This document shows positions 45,874 to 54,489 of a DNA stretch of 56,630 nucleotides, piece by piece. The notes beneath the pieces are model-generated. The model saw nothing but the letters and a program-made list of their open reading frames with translations. It searched no databases and was not told where the DNA came from. The translations under genes and the position numbers were made by a program. Position 1 is the first letter of the stretch, and each line of letters opens with the position of its first letter. Origin of the DNA: an uncultured Candidatus Saccharibacteria bacterium (GTDB lineage: Bacteria > Patescibacteriota > Minisyncoccia > 2-02-FULL-40-12 > GWA2-44-9); assembly GCA_964356795.1 (NCBI GenBank), contig CAYHIK010000007.1:1-56630 (forward strand), given 5' to 3'.

Positions 45874-48723
45874 ATGGATATAACGCCGCCGCAGTCACGT
45901 AGTCAGACGCACGCAGATCCGGTTTCTCGAACTCATACACAGCGCTCGAGCAAACGTTCCGGATTTGCGTGGGAACGCAAGTTTGGAACTGCGGACGTCC
46001 ATCCCTACGATGAAATTACGTGGGAGCTTCGTGATGCGCGCATCACGAAGGCAAATGGTGGCATCGTGTTCGAGCAGCTTGCTGTTGAGACTCCCGCATT
46101 CTGGAGCCAGACCGCAACTGATATCGTCACGAGTAAATACTTTCGCGGACAGCTCGGTACGCCTGAGCGTGAGAAGAGCGTGAAGGCGATGATTGATCGC
46201 GTCGCAAAGACGATTGGTTTCTGGGGTGTGAAGGGGGGATACTTCGCATCGGCAGATGATGCGGAGCGCTACACCGAGGACCTCACCTGGCTCTTGGTGA
46301 ACCAGTATGTCTCGTTTAATTCGCCCGTCTGGTTCAATGTGGGCGTCTACGATAAGCCGCAGTGCTCTGCGTGCTTTATTCTTTCCGTCGAGGATGACAT
46401 GAAGAGCATTCTTGATTGGTATCGCGATGAGGGGATTATCTTCAAGGGCGGCTCTGGTTCCGGACTCAACGTCTCCAAGCTTCGCTCATCGCGCGAACCA
46501 CTCTCCAAGGGTGGGTTTAGCTCGGGTCCCGTTTCATTTATGAAGGGAGCCGATGGTGTTGCAAATACTATTCGTTCCGGTGGTACAACTCGTCGTGCTG
46601 CGAAGATGGTGGTGATGAACGTTGACCACCCAGACCTCAAGGATTTCATTAGCTGCAAGATGGTCATCGAGAATTACTCCAAAGCACTCGAGGCTGCAGG
46701 CATCGCAAACTCGATTGATGGGGATTTGTTCTCTCCGTACACGCTCTTGCCCTACCAGAATGCCAACAATTCCGTCCGTGTAACGGATGAGTTTATGAAG
46801 CTCGTCGAAGAGGACGGCATGTGGGAGTTCAAGGCGGTGACCACGGGAGCTGTGCTCGAGCGCGTACGCGCGCGTGAGGTGATGCAGTGGATTGCGGACG
46901 CCGCGTGGCACTCGGCAGATCCGGGCATGCAGTACGATACGACCATCAATAAATGGAACACCGCAGCGAACACGGGACGCATCAATGCTTCGAACCCCTG
47001 TAGCGAATATATGCACATCGACAACAGCGCCTGCAACCTCGCATCATTGAACTTGCTCAAGTTCCTCCGCGAGGATGGCTCGTTTGATTCAAATCTCTTC
47101 CGGCGCGCCGTTGATACGATGATTCTTGGGCAGGAGATTATCGTAGGATACTCGAGCTACCCGACCGAGAAGATTTCTCGTAACGCAAACGACTTCAGAG
47201 AGCTCGGACTTGGGTACGCGAATCTTGGCGCGCTCTTGATGGCGATGGGTCTTCCGTACGATGGTGAAGAAGGATTCCTCATGGCGGGGCAGATTACCTC
47301 GCTCATGAGTGGTGCCGCATATCGCATGAGTGCGTTGATTGCCGACATCAAGGGGCCGTATGCGGGATTTGTAGTCAATCGTGAGCCTCAATTGAATGTT
47401 ATTGATATGCATCGCGAAGAAGCTGATGCGCTCTATGAGCGCGCGCTTGCCGCGGGTGTTGGTGACCGCAACCTGCAAGCTGCGTCACGTGTGGTATGGC
47501 ACGAGGCGCTTGAGTTTGCCCGCGAATACGGCGTACGTAATTCACAAGTTACGGTACTTGCGCCGACTGGCACTATCGCATTCATGATGGATTGCGCGAC
47601 CACGGGCATCGAGCCGGAGCTTGCGCTTATCAAATACAAGAAGCTCGTTGGGGGTGGCGTGCTGAAGCTGGTGAATACGCAGGTACCGTTTGCGCTCGCG
47701 AATCTTGGATACGATGCGGAGCAAGTGAAAGCGATTGGTGAGTATCTTCTCGAGCACGAAACAATCGAAGGCGCGCCGCACCTGAAGTCGGAGCATCTTC
47801 CCGTGTTTGATTGTTCATTCAAGCCTGCTCGTGGAAATCGCAGTATTGGGTACATGGGGCATTTGCGCATGATGGCAGCTGCTCAGCCCTTCATCTCGGG
47901 CGCTATCTCGAAGACAATCAACATGACCAATGAGGCAACGGTTGAAGATGTGTACGATGCCTACGTGCAGGGGTGGAAGCTTGGACTCAAAGCGATTGCT
48001 ATTTATCGCGACGGTTCAAAGGGCGTACAGCCACTCAGTACGAAGAAATCCGAAGACATAAAGAAGGAGGAAGTGCCATTTGTTGAGAAATCAAATGGGT
48101 ATACTCGAATCCATTTGCCCGATGAACGACCAGCACTCACGCACAAGTTTTCAGTCGGAGGATACGAGGGGTACATGACGGTGGGGCTGTATCCTGATAC
48201 GCGAAAGCCAGGGGAATTATTCCTCGTTGCCGCAAAAGAGGGGAGTACCGTGTCTGGGCTTCTCGACACAATCGCGACCCTGGTAAGCGTGTCGCTTCAA
48301 GCGGGTGTGCCATTGAAGACGTTGGTGCGAAAGTTCAAGGATATGAGTTTTGCTCCTGCAGGATTCACGAACACATCCGATATTCCAATGGCAAAGAGCA
48401 TTATTGATTATGTCTTCCGCTATCTCGGTACGCGATTCTTGGATCAGGCGGAGCGCGAAGAGCTCTTTGGACCCGATAGTGGGCCAGAGATGACCGCACA
48501 GATAGAGCTTGTCTCCGTTGCTCAGTCTCGTATGCAGGCGGTCGCCGATGCGGGCATTGCAATCCCGCACACTCACGCTCCCGTGGGCGCCGCTCCTGCA
48601 CCACATGCACTCACCGCAACAAATGCTGATGCACCCGTGTGTCAGTGCGGCACGCTCATGTTTAAAGCCGGTTCATGCTACTCGTGCCCGAACTGCTTCT
48701 TCACGACAGGAGTGTGTAACTAA
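45874..48723 (+). CDS. nrdJ: Class II (adenosylcobalamin-dependent) ribonucleotide reductase
   Basis: FNSPVWFN, PQCSACF, SNPCSEY, CNLAS, APTGT, TSCPD-like domain and C-terminal Cys motifs; start codon uncertain. Confidence 0.95.
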   Translation: MDITPPQSRSQTHADPVSRTHTQRSSKRSGFAWERKFGTADVHPYDEITWELRDARITKANGGIVFEQLAVETPAFWSQTATDIVTSKYFRGQLGTPEREKSVKAMIDRVAKTIGFWGVKGGYFASADDAERYTEDLTWLLVNQYVSFNSPVWFNVGVYDKPQCSACFILSVEDDMKSILDWYRDEGIIFKGGSGSGLNVSKLRSSREPLSKGGFSSGPVSFMKGADGVANTIRSGGTTRRAAKMVVMNVDHPDLKDFISCKMVIENYSKALEAAGIANSIDGDLFSPYTLLPYQNANNSVRVTDEFMKLVEEDGMWEFKAVTTGAVLERVRAREVMQWIADAAWHSADPGMQYDTTINKWNTAANTGRINASNPCSEYMHIDNSACNLASLNLLKFLREDGSFDSNLFRRAVDTMILGQEIIVGYSSYPTEKISRNANDFRELGLGYANLGALLMAMGLPYDGEEGFLMAGQITSLMSGAAYRMSALIADIKGPYAGFVVNREPQLNVIDMHREEADALYERALAAGVGDRNLQAASRVVWHEALEFAREYGVRNSQVTVLAPTGTIAFMMDCATTGIEPELALIKYKKLVGGGVLKLVNTQVPFALANLGYDAEQVKAIGEYLLEHETIEGAPHLKSEHLPVFDCSFKPARGNRSIGYMGHLRMMAAAQPFISGAISKTINMTNEATVEDVYDAYVQGWKLGLKAIAIYRDGSKGVQPLSTKKSEDIKKEEVPFVEKSNGYTRIHLPDERPALTHKFSVGGYEGYMTVGLYPDTRKPGELFLVAAKEGSTVSGLLDTIATLVSVSLQAGVPLKTLVRKFKDMSFAPAGFTNTSDIPMAKSIIDYVFRYLGTRFLDQAEREELFGPDSGPEMTAQIELVSVAQSRMQAVADAGIAIPHTHAPVGAAPAPHALTATNADAPVCQCGTLMFKAGSCYSCPNCFFTTGVCN

Positions 48724-48813
48724 CCGAGGATGCCACAGAAAAACCACCTCGCCTTGGCTGGGTGGTTTTTCTGTGGTATAGATTCATCGGTCCATTGAAA
48801 AGGGGGAGATGTC

Positions 48814-49197
48814 ATGATACGTGAGTTGAATCTCATCCTCGAGGGAGTTCTCCTTCGACTCGCCGTGTGCATGGGGCCAGTGTTGTGTATCTTGTCTGGC
48901 GCAATGGCATTCGTTGCATGGTGGCCAAGCACCCCTGAAGATGTGCGACTCCAGTATCTTGTCTTTTCATTCTTCTTCGGTTTGCTTGCGATGTGGGGAA
49001 TCGCCGTCGGGCCAACGCGTGTTGAGCGGGCCATATTCCTCATGGCATCCATCTTGAACGCCGGCATGGGCATCGTGGTTCTCGATGGTCCGCAAGCACT
49101 TCCACATTTTTCAATCCCGTTCTTCGTGTACAGCTTCTGGCAGTTTTACGTGTTTCAGAATTACCAGAACGCGTTGCCTCCGCTTCGTGAGCAGTGA
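48814..49197 (+). CDS. Hypothetical 4-TM membrane protein
   Basis: GGGGGAG SD, hydrophobic, hairpin GACCCCTC-TTCG-GAGGGGTC at the stop. Confidence 0.7.
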   Translation: MIRELNLILEGVLLRLAVCMGPVLCILSGAMAFVAWWPSTPEDVRLQYLVFSFFFGLLAMWGIAVGPTRVERAIFLMASILNAGMGIVVLDGPQALPHFSIPFFVYSFWQFYVFQNYQNALPPLREQ

Positions 49198-49238
49198 CCC
49201 CTCTTCGGAGGGGTCGTTTCATGCTATGGTCTGCTCCA

Positions 49239-50732
49239 ATGCATCGCTCAACATATCTCCTTATTGCGTGTCTTGGATTTTTAGGCGGCGTTGGCGTCGC
49301 ATCGTTTTCGCATATTGATTCGAGGCTCGTGCTTGCTATCGGCGCCTTCGGACTTATTGCATTCGTATCACCGAGGCGCGTGATAGCGGTGTACGGCGTT
49401 GTGTTTATCGCCGCATCATTGGGTGCATGGCGAATGTCGGTAGTTGCGAGCGAGCCATCGGCGCTCTGGGATATGGCAGGCACCAAGCCGAAGGTACGCA
49501 TGGCGGGATTTGTCGATGGTGATTTCGAAGCAACCGCGAATGGAGGGCGATATACATTTCACGTGGTAAGCATTGAGTCGGCGGGCGGGCGTGTATCGCT
49601 TGATGATCGCGTATTGGTGTCGGGGCCTGATTGGATTCGTCCACGTCTCGGACAACAACTCATTCTAGAGGGGAAGATTCAACGACCAGCGGTGTATGAA
49701 GATTTTGATTATGCTGCGTTTCTCGCAAAAGATGGTATTCACGCAACCCTCTACTATCCGACATACGGCGTACCATCGAGTCTTGGGTTATCGGGCGCGG
49801 AGAGATTGAGTCTTCGGGTGAGTTCCGAATTAGCGCGTGTTCGCGGTTCGGTGGCTGAACACATCGCACTCGCGGTGCCACAACCGATGGCGGGGTATCT
49901 GTCGGGCATTTTGGTGGGTGCAAAAGGAGTTGTAGGAAGCGAATTAAAAGATATATTTGCACGCACCGGAACAAGCCACATTCTCGCGATTTCTGGATAC
50001 AACATCACCATTATTGCATCGGTGCTCATGCTCGTTCTTGCGCCGCTTGGTCGTCGCTACGCGTTCGTGCTTGCGGTGGTGAGTATCTGCGGATTCGTGG
50101 TGCTCGTGGGCGGTTCGGCGTCAGTGGTTCGTGCCGCGATTATGGGAATCTTGATGCTGACTGCGCGATACATCGGTCGCGCGCAACACATGGGGACTGC
50201 GATTGTGGTGTCCGCAGCCGTGATGGTTGCATTCAATCCACTCATTCTTCGGAGGGATGTGGGGTTTCAATTATCATTTCTCGCGGTGCTTGGCATCGTG
50301 TACGTGGAGCCATTGATGCGTCAGACGTTTGAGCGGTGGCTCCGATGGAAGCCGCTCGCATCGCTCGTGGCAACCACGCTTTCTGCGCAAGTGCTCGTGA
50401 TGCCACTCTTGCTTTATATTTTTGGAACACTTGCTGTGTATACGCTTCCGGTAAATGTGCTGGTATTGCCGTTCGTGCCAATTGCGATGGCGCTAGGACT
50501 TACGACTGCAGTCGCGGGAATGCTCTGGCCATTCCTCGGACTTTTTGTCGGGCAGTTAGCATGGCTGGTGTCGGCGTATCAATTGTTTGTGATTAAGTTT
50601 TTCGCGGGATTGCCGTATGCGGCATTTGATATGCCCATCTCGTCTACCGCGATGATCGCGCTCTATGTGGGACTTGCCGCATGGCTGATTTCACTGTATC
50701 GTGGACGCGTACAACCTCACCCAACGGCGTAA
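49239..50732 (+). CDS. comEC: Competence protein ComEC (DUF4131 + Competence domain, no MBL domain)
   Basis: FDYAAFL, GTSHILAISGYN, SVVRAAIMG, GFQLSFLA. Confidence 0.93.
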   Translation: MHRSTYLLIACLGFLGGVGVASFSHIDSRLVLAIGAFGLIAFVSPRRVIAVYGVVFIAASLGAWRMSVVASEPSALWDMAGTKPKVRMAGFVDGDFEATANGGRYTFHVVSIESAGGRVSLDDRVLVSGPDWIRPRLGQQLILEGKIQRPAVYEDFDYAAFLAKDGIHATLYYPTYGVPSSLGLSGAERLSLRVSSELARVRGSVAEHIALAVPQPMAGYLSGILVGAKGVVGSELKDIFARTGTSHILAISGYNITIIASVLMLVLAPLGRRYAFVLAVVSICGFVVLVGGSASVVRAAIMGILMLTARYIGRAQHMGTAIVVSAAVMVAFNPLILRRDVGFQLSFLAVLGIVYVEPLMRQTFERWLRWKPLASLVATTLSAQVLVMPLLLYIFGTLAVYTLPVNVLVLPFVPIAMALGLTTAVAGMLWPFLGLFVGQLAWLVSAYQLFVIKFFAGLPYAAFDMPISSTAMIALYVGLAAWLISLYRGRVQPHPTA

Positions 50733-50744
50733 GCCGTTTTCAAA

Positions 50745-51233
50745 ATGACTGAAAGCAAACCAAATCCGAAAGAACGCACGCTCGTACTCCTCAAGCCCGA
50801 TGCACTTCAGCGCGGTCTCGTGGGGGAGATTGTTGATCGCTTCGAACAGAAGGGAATCAAGATCGTGGGCATGAAGCTCATGAAGTTATCCGATGCGATT
50901 CTCGACAATCACTACGCGCAACACAAGGGCAAACCATTCCTCCCAAGCCTGAAATCATTCATGAAGCGTCTTCCCGTGGTAGCGCTCGTGCTCGAAGGAC
51001 TCGAGGTTACGCGCGTAGTGCGCACGATGTGTGGCACAACCGATGGCAAGAACGCAGCTCCCGGTACGATTCGTGGCGACTACAGTATGTCGCGCTCCAC
51101 AACAATTGTGCATTCTTCTGAAGATGCAAAATCAGCGAAGCGTGAAATCGCAATTTTCTTCAAGTCCGCAGAGCTCTTCTCGTATGCAAAACCCGATGCA
51201 GACTTTTTCTATGCATCGGATGAATTGAGCTAG
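50745..51233 (+). CDS. ndk: Nucleoside diphosphate kinase
   Basis: ERTLVLLKPD, HY..H.GKPF, PGTIRGD, VHSSE. Confidence 0.95.
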   Translation: MTESKPNPKERTLVLLKPDALQRGLVGEIVDRFEQKGIKIVGMKLMKLSDAILDNHYAQHKGKPFLPSLKSFMKRLPVVALVLEGLEVTRVVRTMCGTTDGKNAAPGTIRGDYSMSRSTTIVHSSEDAKSAKREIAIFFKSAELFSYAKPDADFFYASDELS

Positions 51234-51265
51234 GGTAGAATCTCATAGAGATGACTGCGAAGCTT

Positions 51266-51488
51266 CGCTGAACACCTCTACTCGGTACGATGTCGCTCCC
51301 TTACTGGGAGCGCATCTCGTTCTCGCGCCGTCGCGCTCCGAAAGCCCTTGTAGAGGTGTTCAGCGCATCTTCGTATCCTCTCGAGCGAAGTCGGGTACTT
51401 CTCCGAAGGCTTTCGGAGGCCGACTGGGCCGAGAATGAGACGGCCCGCCAGTGAGGCGGGAACGTCGTACTGAGGAGGGGTACTCGGC
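51266..51488. repeat. Family B repeat doublet: forward copy 51266-51365 and inverted copy 51390-51488
   Basis: Both share CTC(G/A)GTACG..hairpin..TCTC(G/A)TTCTCG..GTCG..CTCCGAAAGCC with 36185-36278. Confidence 0.85.
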
Positions 51489-51524
51489 GTAGCGAGAGAG
51501 GCGCGGGGCGTAGATATAAAAAAT

Positions 51525-51553
51525 AAAAACGCCCGACTCGTGAGAGTCGGGCG
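51525..51553 (-). terminator. Cassette hairpin, copy 1
   Basis: CGCCCGACTC-GTGA-GAGTCGGGCG with T run on the minus strand. Confidence 0.8.
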
Positions 51554-51567
51554 GGGCAGCGTTGAGG

Positions 51568-52065
51568 CTAGTCGAGGCCGACCATGAAGAGAACTGCGCC
51601 CACGAGGCCGATCAAGCCACTCATCCAACCCCACAACGCATACCCCAGGTTGTTGGGAGCGATGCTGATGCCTTCGGGTTGCGTGACAGACTCCGAGCCA
51701 CGACTGCCGTGGTCCAGGAGTGTCTCGCGCAACTTCATGAGGATGTTGGTCCGTTCCAGCATTGCGGTCTCGGGCTTCACGGCCTTGAGTTCGTCGCGGG
51801 CCTGCGTGAGGTTCTTGTACCAGAATCCCATGTCGCAGTCCGGCGTTGTCCAGAGGACGTTGGTGTATCCCTGCGTCAGGTTGTGGCTCTCGATGTAGGT
51901 CAGCGCGGTGTCCATCTCGGTGATGGCCAGGTCGACGGTGTTGGCGTCTGCGGCACGTTTCAGGTGATCTCCGCAGTAGCGACTGTACTGGATATCGGCG
52001 ACCTTGCGGGTGCCACCCCACACCAGAAACGGCAGCATGAGGATGAATCCGAGCAGCTTTTTCAT
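51568..52065 (-). CDS. Hypothetical 2-TM membrane protein (cassette 1)
   Basis: TTGACA-17-TATTGT promoter (52117-52145), AAGGAG SD. Confidence 0.8.
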   Translation of the reverse strand: MKKLLGFILMLPFLVWGGTRKVADIQYSRYCGDHLKRAADANTVDLAITEMDTALTYIESHNLTQGYTNVLWTTPDCDMGFWYKNLTQARDELKAVKPETAMLERTNILMKLRETLLDHGSRGSESVTQPEGISIAPNNLGYALWGWMSGLIGLVGAVLFMVGLD

Positions 52066-52147
52066 CGCACTCTCCTTCTCCTTGGGTTGTTCGGGAACGC
52101 CGACTTCTTGAGATTAACAATACTACACAATATTATTCTTGTCAAAT

Positions 52148-52176
52148 AAAAACGCCCGGCTCGTGAGAGTCGGGCG
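52148..52176 (-). terminator. Cassette hairpin, copy 2
   Basis: CGCCCGGCTC-GTGA-GAGTCGGGCG. Confidence 0.8.
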
Positions 52177-52185
52177 GAACGTCTA

Positions 52186-52584
52186 CTACTGGCTGTTCTT
52201 GAGTTCGTCGTCTTCGGGTGGAGCGCCTGGGGCGGGCGGAACATCCCAGGTGAGGGCACCAATCAGGCTGAGTGCGGCGAGGGTCCAAACTACTCCGAGC
52301 GCGGCGAATGGCCAGGAACTCTCGAGTCTGGCGGTGAGCACCAGTGCTGTCGCGAAAATGACGAAACAGGATGCGAGCATGTCGCCCCATTTTTGCTTTA
52401 CCGCGTAGGCACAGCCAGCCAATACGGCGAGTGCGTACGTCGCCCAGACAAGACAGAGCATGCCGATATCCGTCCACCTACGGATGTGTGCCATCGGATC
52501 CTCTGCGACTTGCCACCCAAGGAACAGAAGGAGCGGGATGATGAGCATTGCCCAGCCGAGTACCTTTTGTGCCATCTTTTCCAA
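52186..52584 (-). CDS. Hypothetical 4-TM membrane protein (cassette 2)
   Basis: TTGACA-16-TATAAT promoter (52602-52629), GGAGG SD. Confidence 0.75.
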   Translation of the reverse strand: MEKMAQKVLGWAMLIIPLLLFLGWQVAEDPMAHIRRWTDIGMLCLVWATYALAVLAGCAYAVKQKWGDMLASCFVIFATALVLTARLESSWPFAALGVVWTLAALSLIGALTWDVPPAPGAPPEDDELKNSQ

Positions 52585-52633
52585 GAGACACCTCCAAAAA
52601 GATTATAAACTTGTTTCTTGAATTGTCAAATAG

Positions 52634-52661
52634 AAAACGCCCGGCTCGTGAGAGTCGGGCG
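52634..52661 (-). terminator. Cassette hairpin, copy 3
   Basis: CGCCCGGCTC-GTGA-GAGTCGGGCG. Confidence 0.8.
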
Positions 52662-52673
52662 GGGGACGGGTGG

Positions 52674-53144
52674 TCACCTTCGCATGTCGGGTGGCAACAG
52701 ATTCGGTGGGGGCGGCAGACCTCGCAGTTTTTCGGGGAAGATGAGACCGAACGCTGCGCCCAACCACGCCATCCCCATGGCCGCGGAGAATAGCAGCATC
52801 TGATAGTTCTCGTATGCGTCGATACCCCAACGAGGTAGAGTCGAGATGATCAGAATGAACACATACGCGACCATCGAGACGATGCCGTGAGGGAGTGCAC
52901 CATGCCTGTCGCCACGTGCCACCTTGAGCGTGGCGAGTGCCGATGCGGGTGCGAGCGCGACGATTCCGATACCTGCGATCAAGGCAGTCAGAATCTTTTC
53001 CGCGCCGAGGCCGAAGCACGCGGGGATTGGCGTCTCCGGATTGATGGTCGCCCCGATCTGGGCTAGTACGATGAGCGCCCACGCCACCATCGGGGCGAGC
53101 AGCATCGTCAATCCGACAAGCCTGTTCTGTGTCTTCTGTGACAT
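52674..53144 (-). CDS. Hypothetical 4-TM membrane protein (cassette 3)
   Basis: TTGACT-17-TATTGT promoter (53168-53196), AAGGAGG SD. Confidence 0.75.
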   Translation of the reverse strand: MSQKTQNRLVGLTMLLAPMVAWALIVLAQIGATINPETPIPACFGLGAEKILTALIAGIGIVALAPASALATLKVARGDRHGALPHGIVSMVAYVFILIISTLPRWGIDAYENYQMLLFSAAMGMAWLGAAFGLIFPEKLRGLPPPPNLLPPDMRR

Positions 53145-53217
53145 TTTCAATGTCCTCCTTAAGATTAACAATAGCATAAATTGACGGAAAAGTCAAGAAT
53201 TGGTGCTATTCTTATAC

Positions 53218-53458
53218 ACTTGCGTGGGTGCGTGTGCGGACTATGCTTAGGGTAGCTTGGTCAGTCTGCATAAGCCTTAGGACAACTCTTTGCAAATCGG
53301 GAGACTTATATCAGTCCTGCTGGCTTGTTCTGGCAGGAGTGCGGTCACCCACTATAGGGGGCTACTCCTCTAGTAGCATTCAACCCCTACTCAAAGTGCT
53401 GAGTTGCTTATGTGGACCCAGATCAGGCCATCAAAAATCCCCGTGAGGGGATTTTTGA
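53218..53458 (+). ncRNA. Candidate structured ncRNA with complementarity to the 16S 3' trailer
   Basis: TGCTATTCT extended -10, multiple hairpins, bidirectional terminator 53431-53458, three colinear segments complementary to 203-270. Confidence 0.55.
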
Positions 53459-53473
53459 TTTTCTGTGCATTGG

Positions 53474-53860
53474 CTACTCCGTAGTTTTGCCGTCGAAGTG
53501 TTCTTCGGTGACATCGGCTTTTGTCGCGTGCACGGTGCCGTCTTTGTGATTTGGTGGGGAATAGATGCTGTAGAGTTTCAAATCAACATCACCGGTATTG
53601 ATGAAGTTGTGTTTTGTGCCCGCTGGCACGACGACTGCCCAGGCGTCTTTGATGTCGTGCTCGACGTCATCGAGAATCGCTTTTGCGGATCCCTGCTCGA
53701 TGCGGAGGAACTGGTCGAGGTGGTGCGTCTCTTCGCCGATTTCTTCGCCAGGCGGAATCGACATGACGACGAGCTGGCTATTTTTTCCGGTGTAGAGCAC
53801 ACGTCGAAAAGTGGTATTCTCGAGCGCCGCCTGTTCGATATTTGCAACATATCCTTTCAT
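53474..53860 (-). CDS. Cupin domain protein (mannose-6-phosphate isomerase-like)
   Basis: FRRVLYTG, EIGEETH..DQF, VPAGTKHN, YSPPNH. Confidence 0.92.
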   Translation of the reverse strand: MKGYVANIEQAALENTTFRRVLYTGKNSQLVVMSIPPGEEIGEETHHLDQFLRIEQGSAKAILDDVEHDIKDAWAVVVPAGTKHNFINTGDVDLKLYSIYSPPNHKDGTVHATKADVTEEHFDGKTTE

Positions 53861-53897
53861 AGAGATGAGGTTAAGGATGTACGGCCTGAGTATACTC

Positions 53898-54137
53898 CTA
53901 TTGCGAGAGGCGCTCTACTTCTTTGTGGAGCCACCAGAGGGTGAGGCCAAAGAGCCCAACGTCGTCCGCCCATCCGAATATTGGCACGATTGCCTCGGGT
54001 ACTAAGTCGACGGGCCAGATAATATAAAGGAAAAGGAATGCAACTACGACGCGTGGCGCCATGGGCGCGCGTGGATTGCGGAGCATCCGCAGGATCTTTT
54101 CGATTTCCTCGCGGGGGAGTTTCAGAAATGAAAACAT
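53898..54137 (-). CDS. DUF1232/YkvA family membrane protein
   Basis: YIIWPVDLVPE..PIFGWADD. Confidence 0.85.
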   Translation of the reverse strand: MFSFLKLPREEIEKILRMLRNPRAPMAPRVVVAFLFLYIIWPVDLVPEAIVPIFGWADDVGLFGLTLWWLHKEVERLSQ

Positions 54138-54141
54138 AATC

Positions 54142-54265
54142 GTGTCGGGCTGCCTTCGTTGGCCTCGCCTCTCGACGCACCGTCGTGCGTCTCGGGCTGG
54201 CCACCGCCTCGCGGTTGCGTCTGGTGACGCAACATCGCTCCGGTGTTCAACTCCTGGCAGCACCA
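54142..54265. repeat. tRNA-linked repeat carrying a duplicated tRNA-Pro 3' end and an antisense T-arm copy
   Basis: GTGTCGGGCTGCC at 54142 and 54314; GTTCAACTCCTGGCAGC at 54245. Confidence 0.75.
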
Positions 54266-54316
54266 AGTTACCGCACCAGAATCGAATCCCACATGGGACT
54301 CGATTCTGTTGTAGTG

Positions 54317-54387
54317 TCGGGCTGCCGGGAGTTGAACCCGGGTTACATGACCCCCAGCCATGCGTAATACCGTTATACCACAGCCCG
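54317..54387 (-). tRNA. tRNA-Pro(GGG)
   Basis: CGGGCTG/CAGCCCG acceptor stem, CATGG-CT GGG GG-TCATG anticodon arm, GGTTCAACTCC; CCA not encoded. Confidence 0.93.
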
Positions 54388-54489
54388 ATATTGCCTGAAG
54401 ATTGTATACTAAAATCACGCGTGTGCCAATGATTGTGCAAAGAAAAAGCCGGCGAGTGTATCGCCGGCCTGACGGTGCGTAGCTACTAG

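Noticed and set aside
51525-52661. Repeated hairpins as a CRISPR array or integron attC sites
   Set aside because: Spacers are 480-620 bp whole genes; no cas genes or integrase; no RYYYAAC/GTTRRRY cores.
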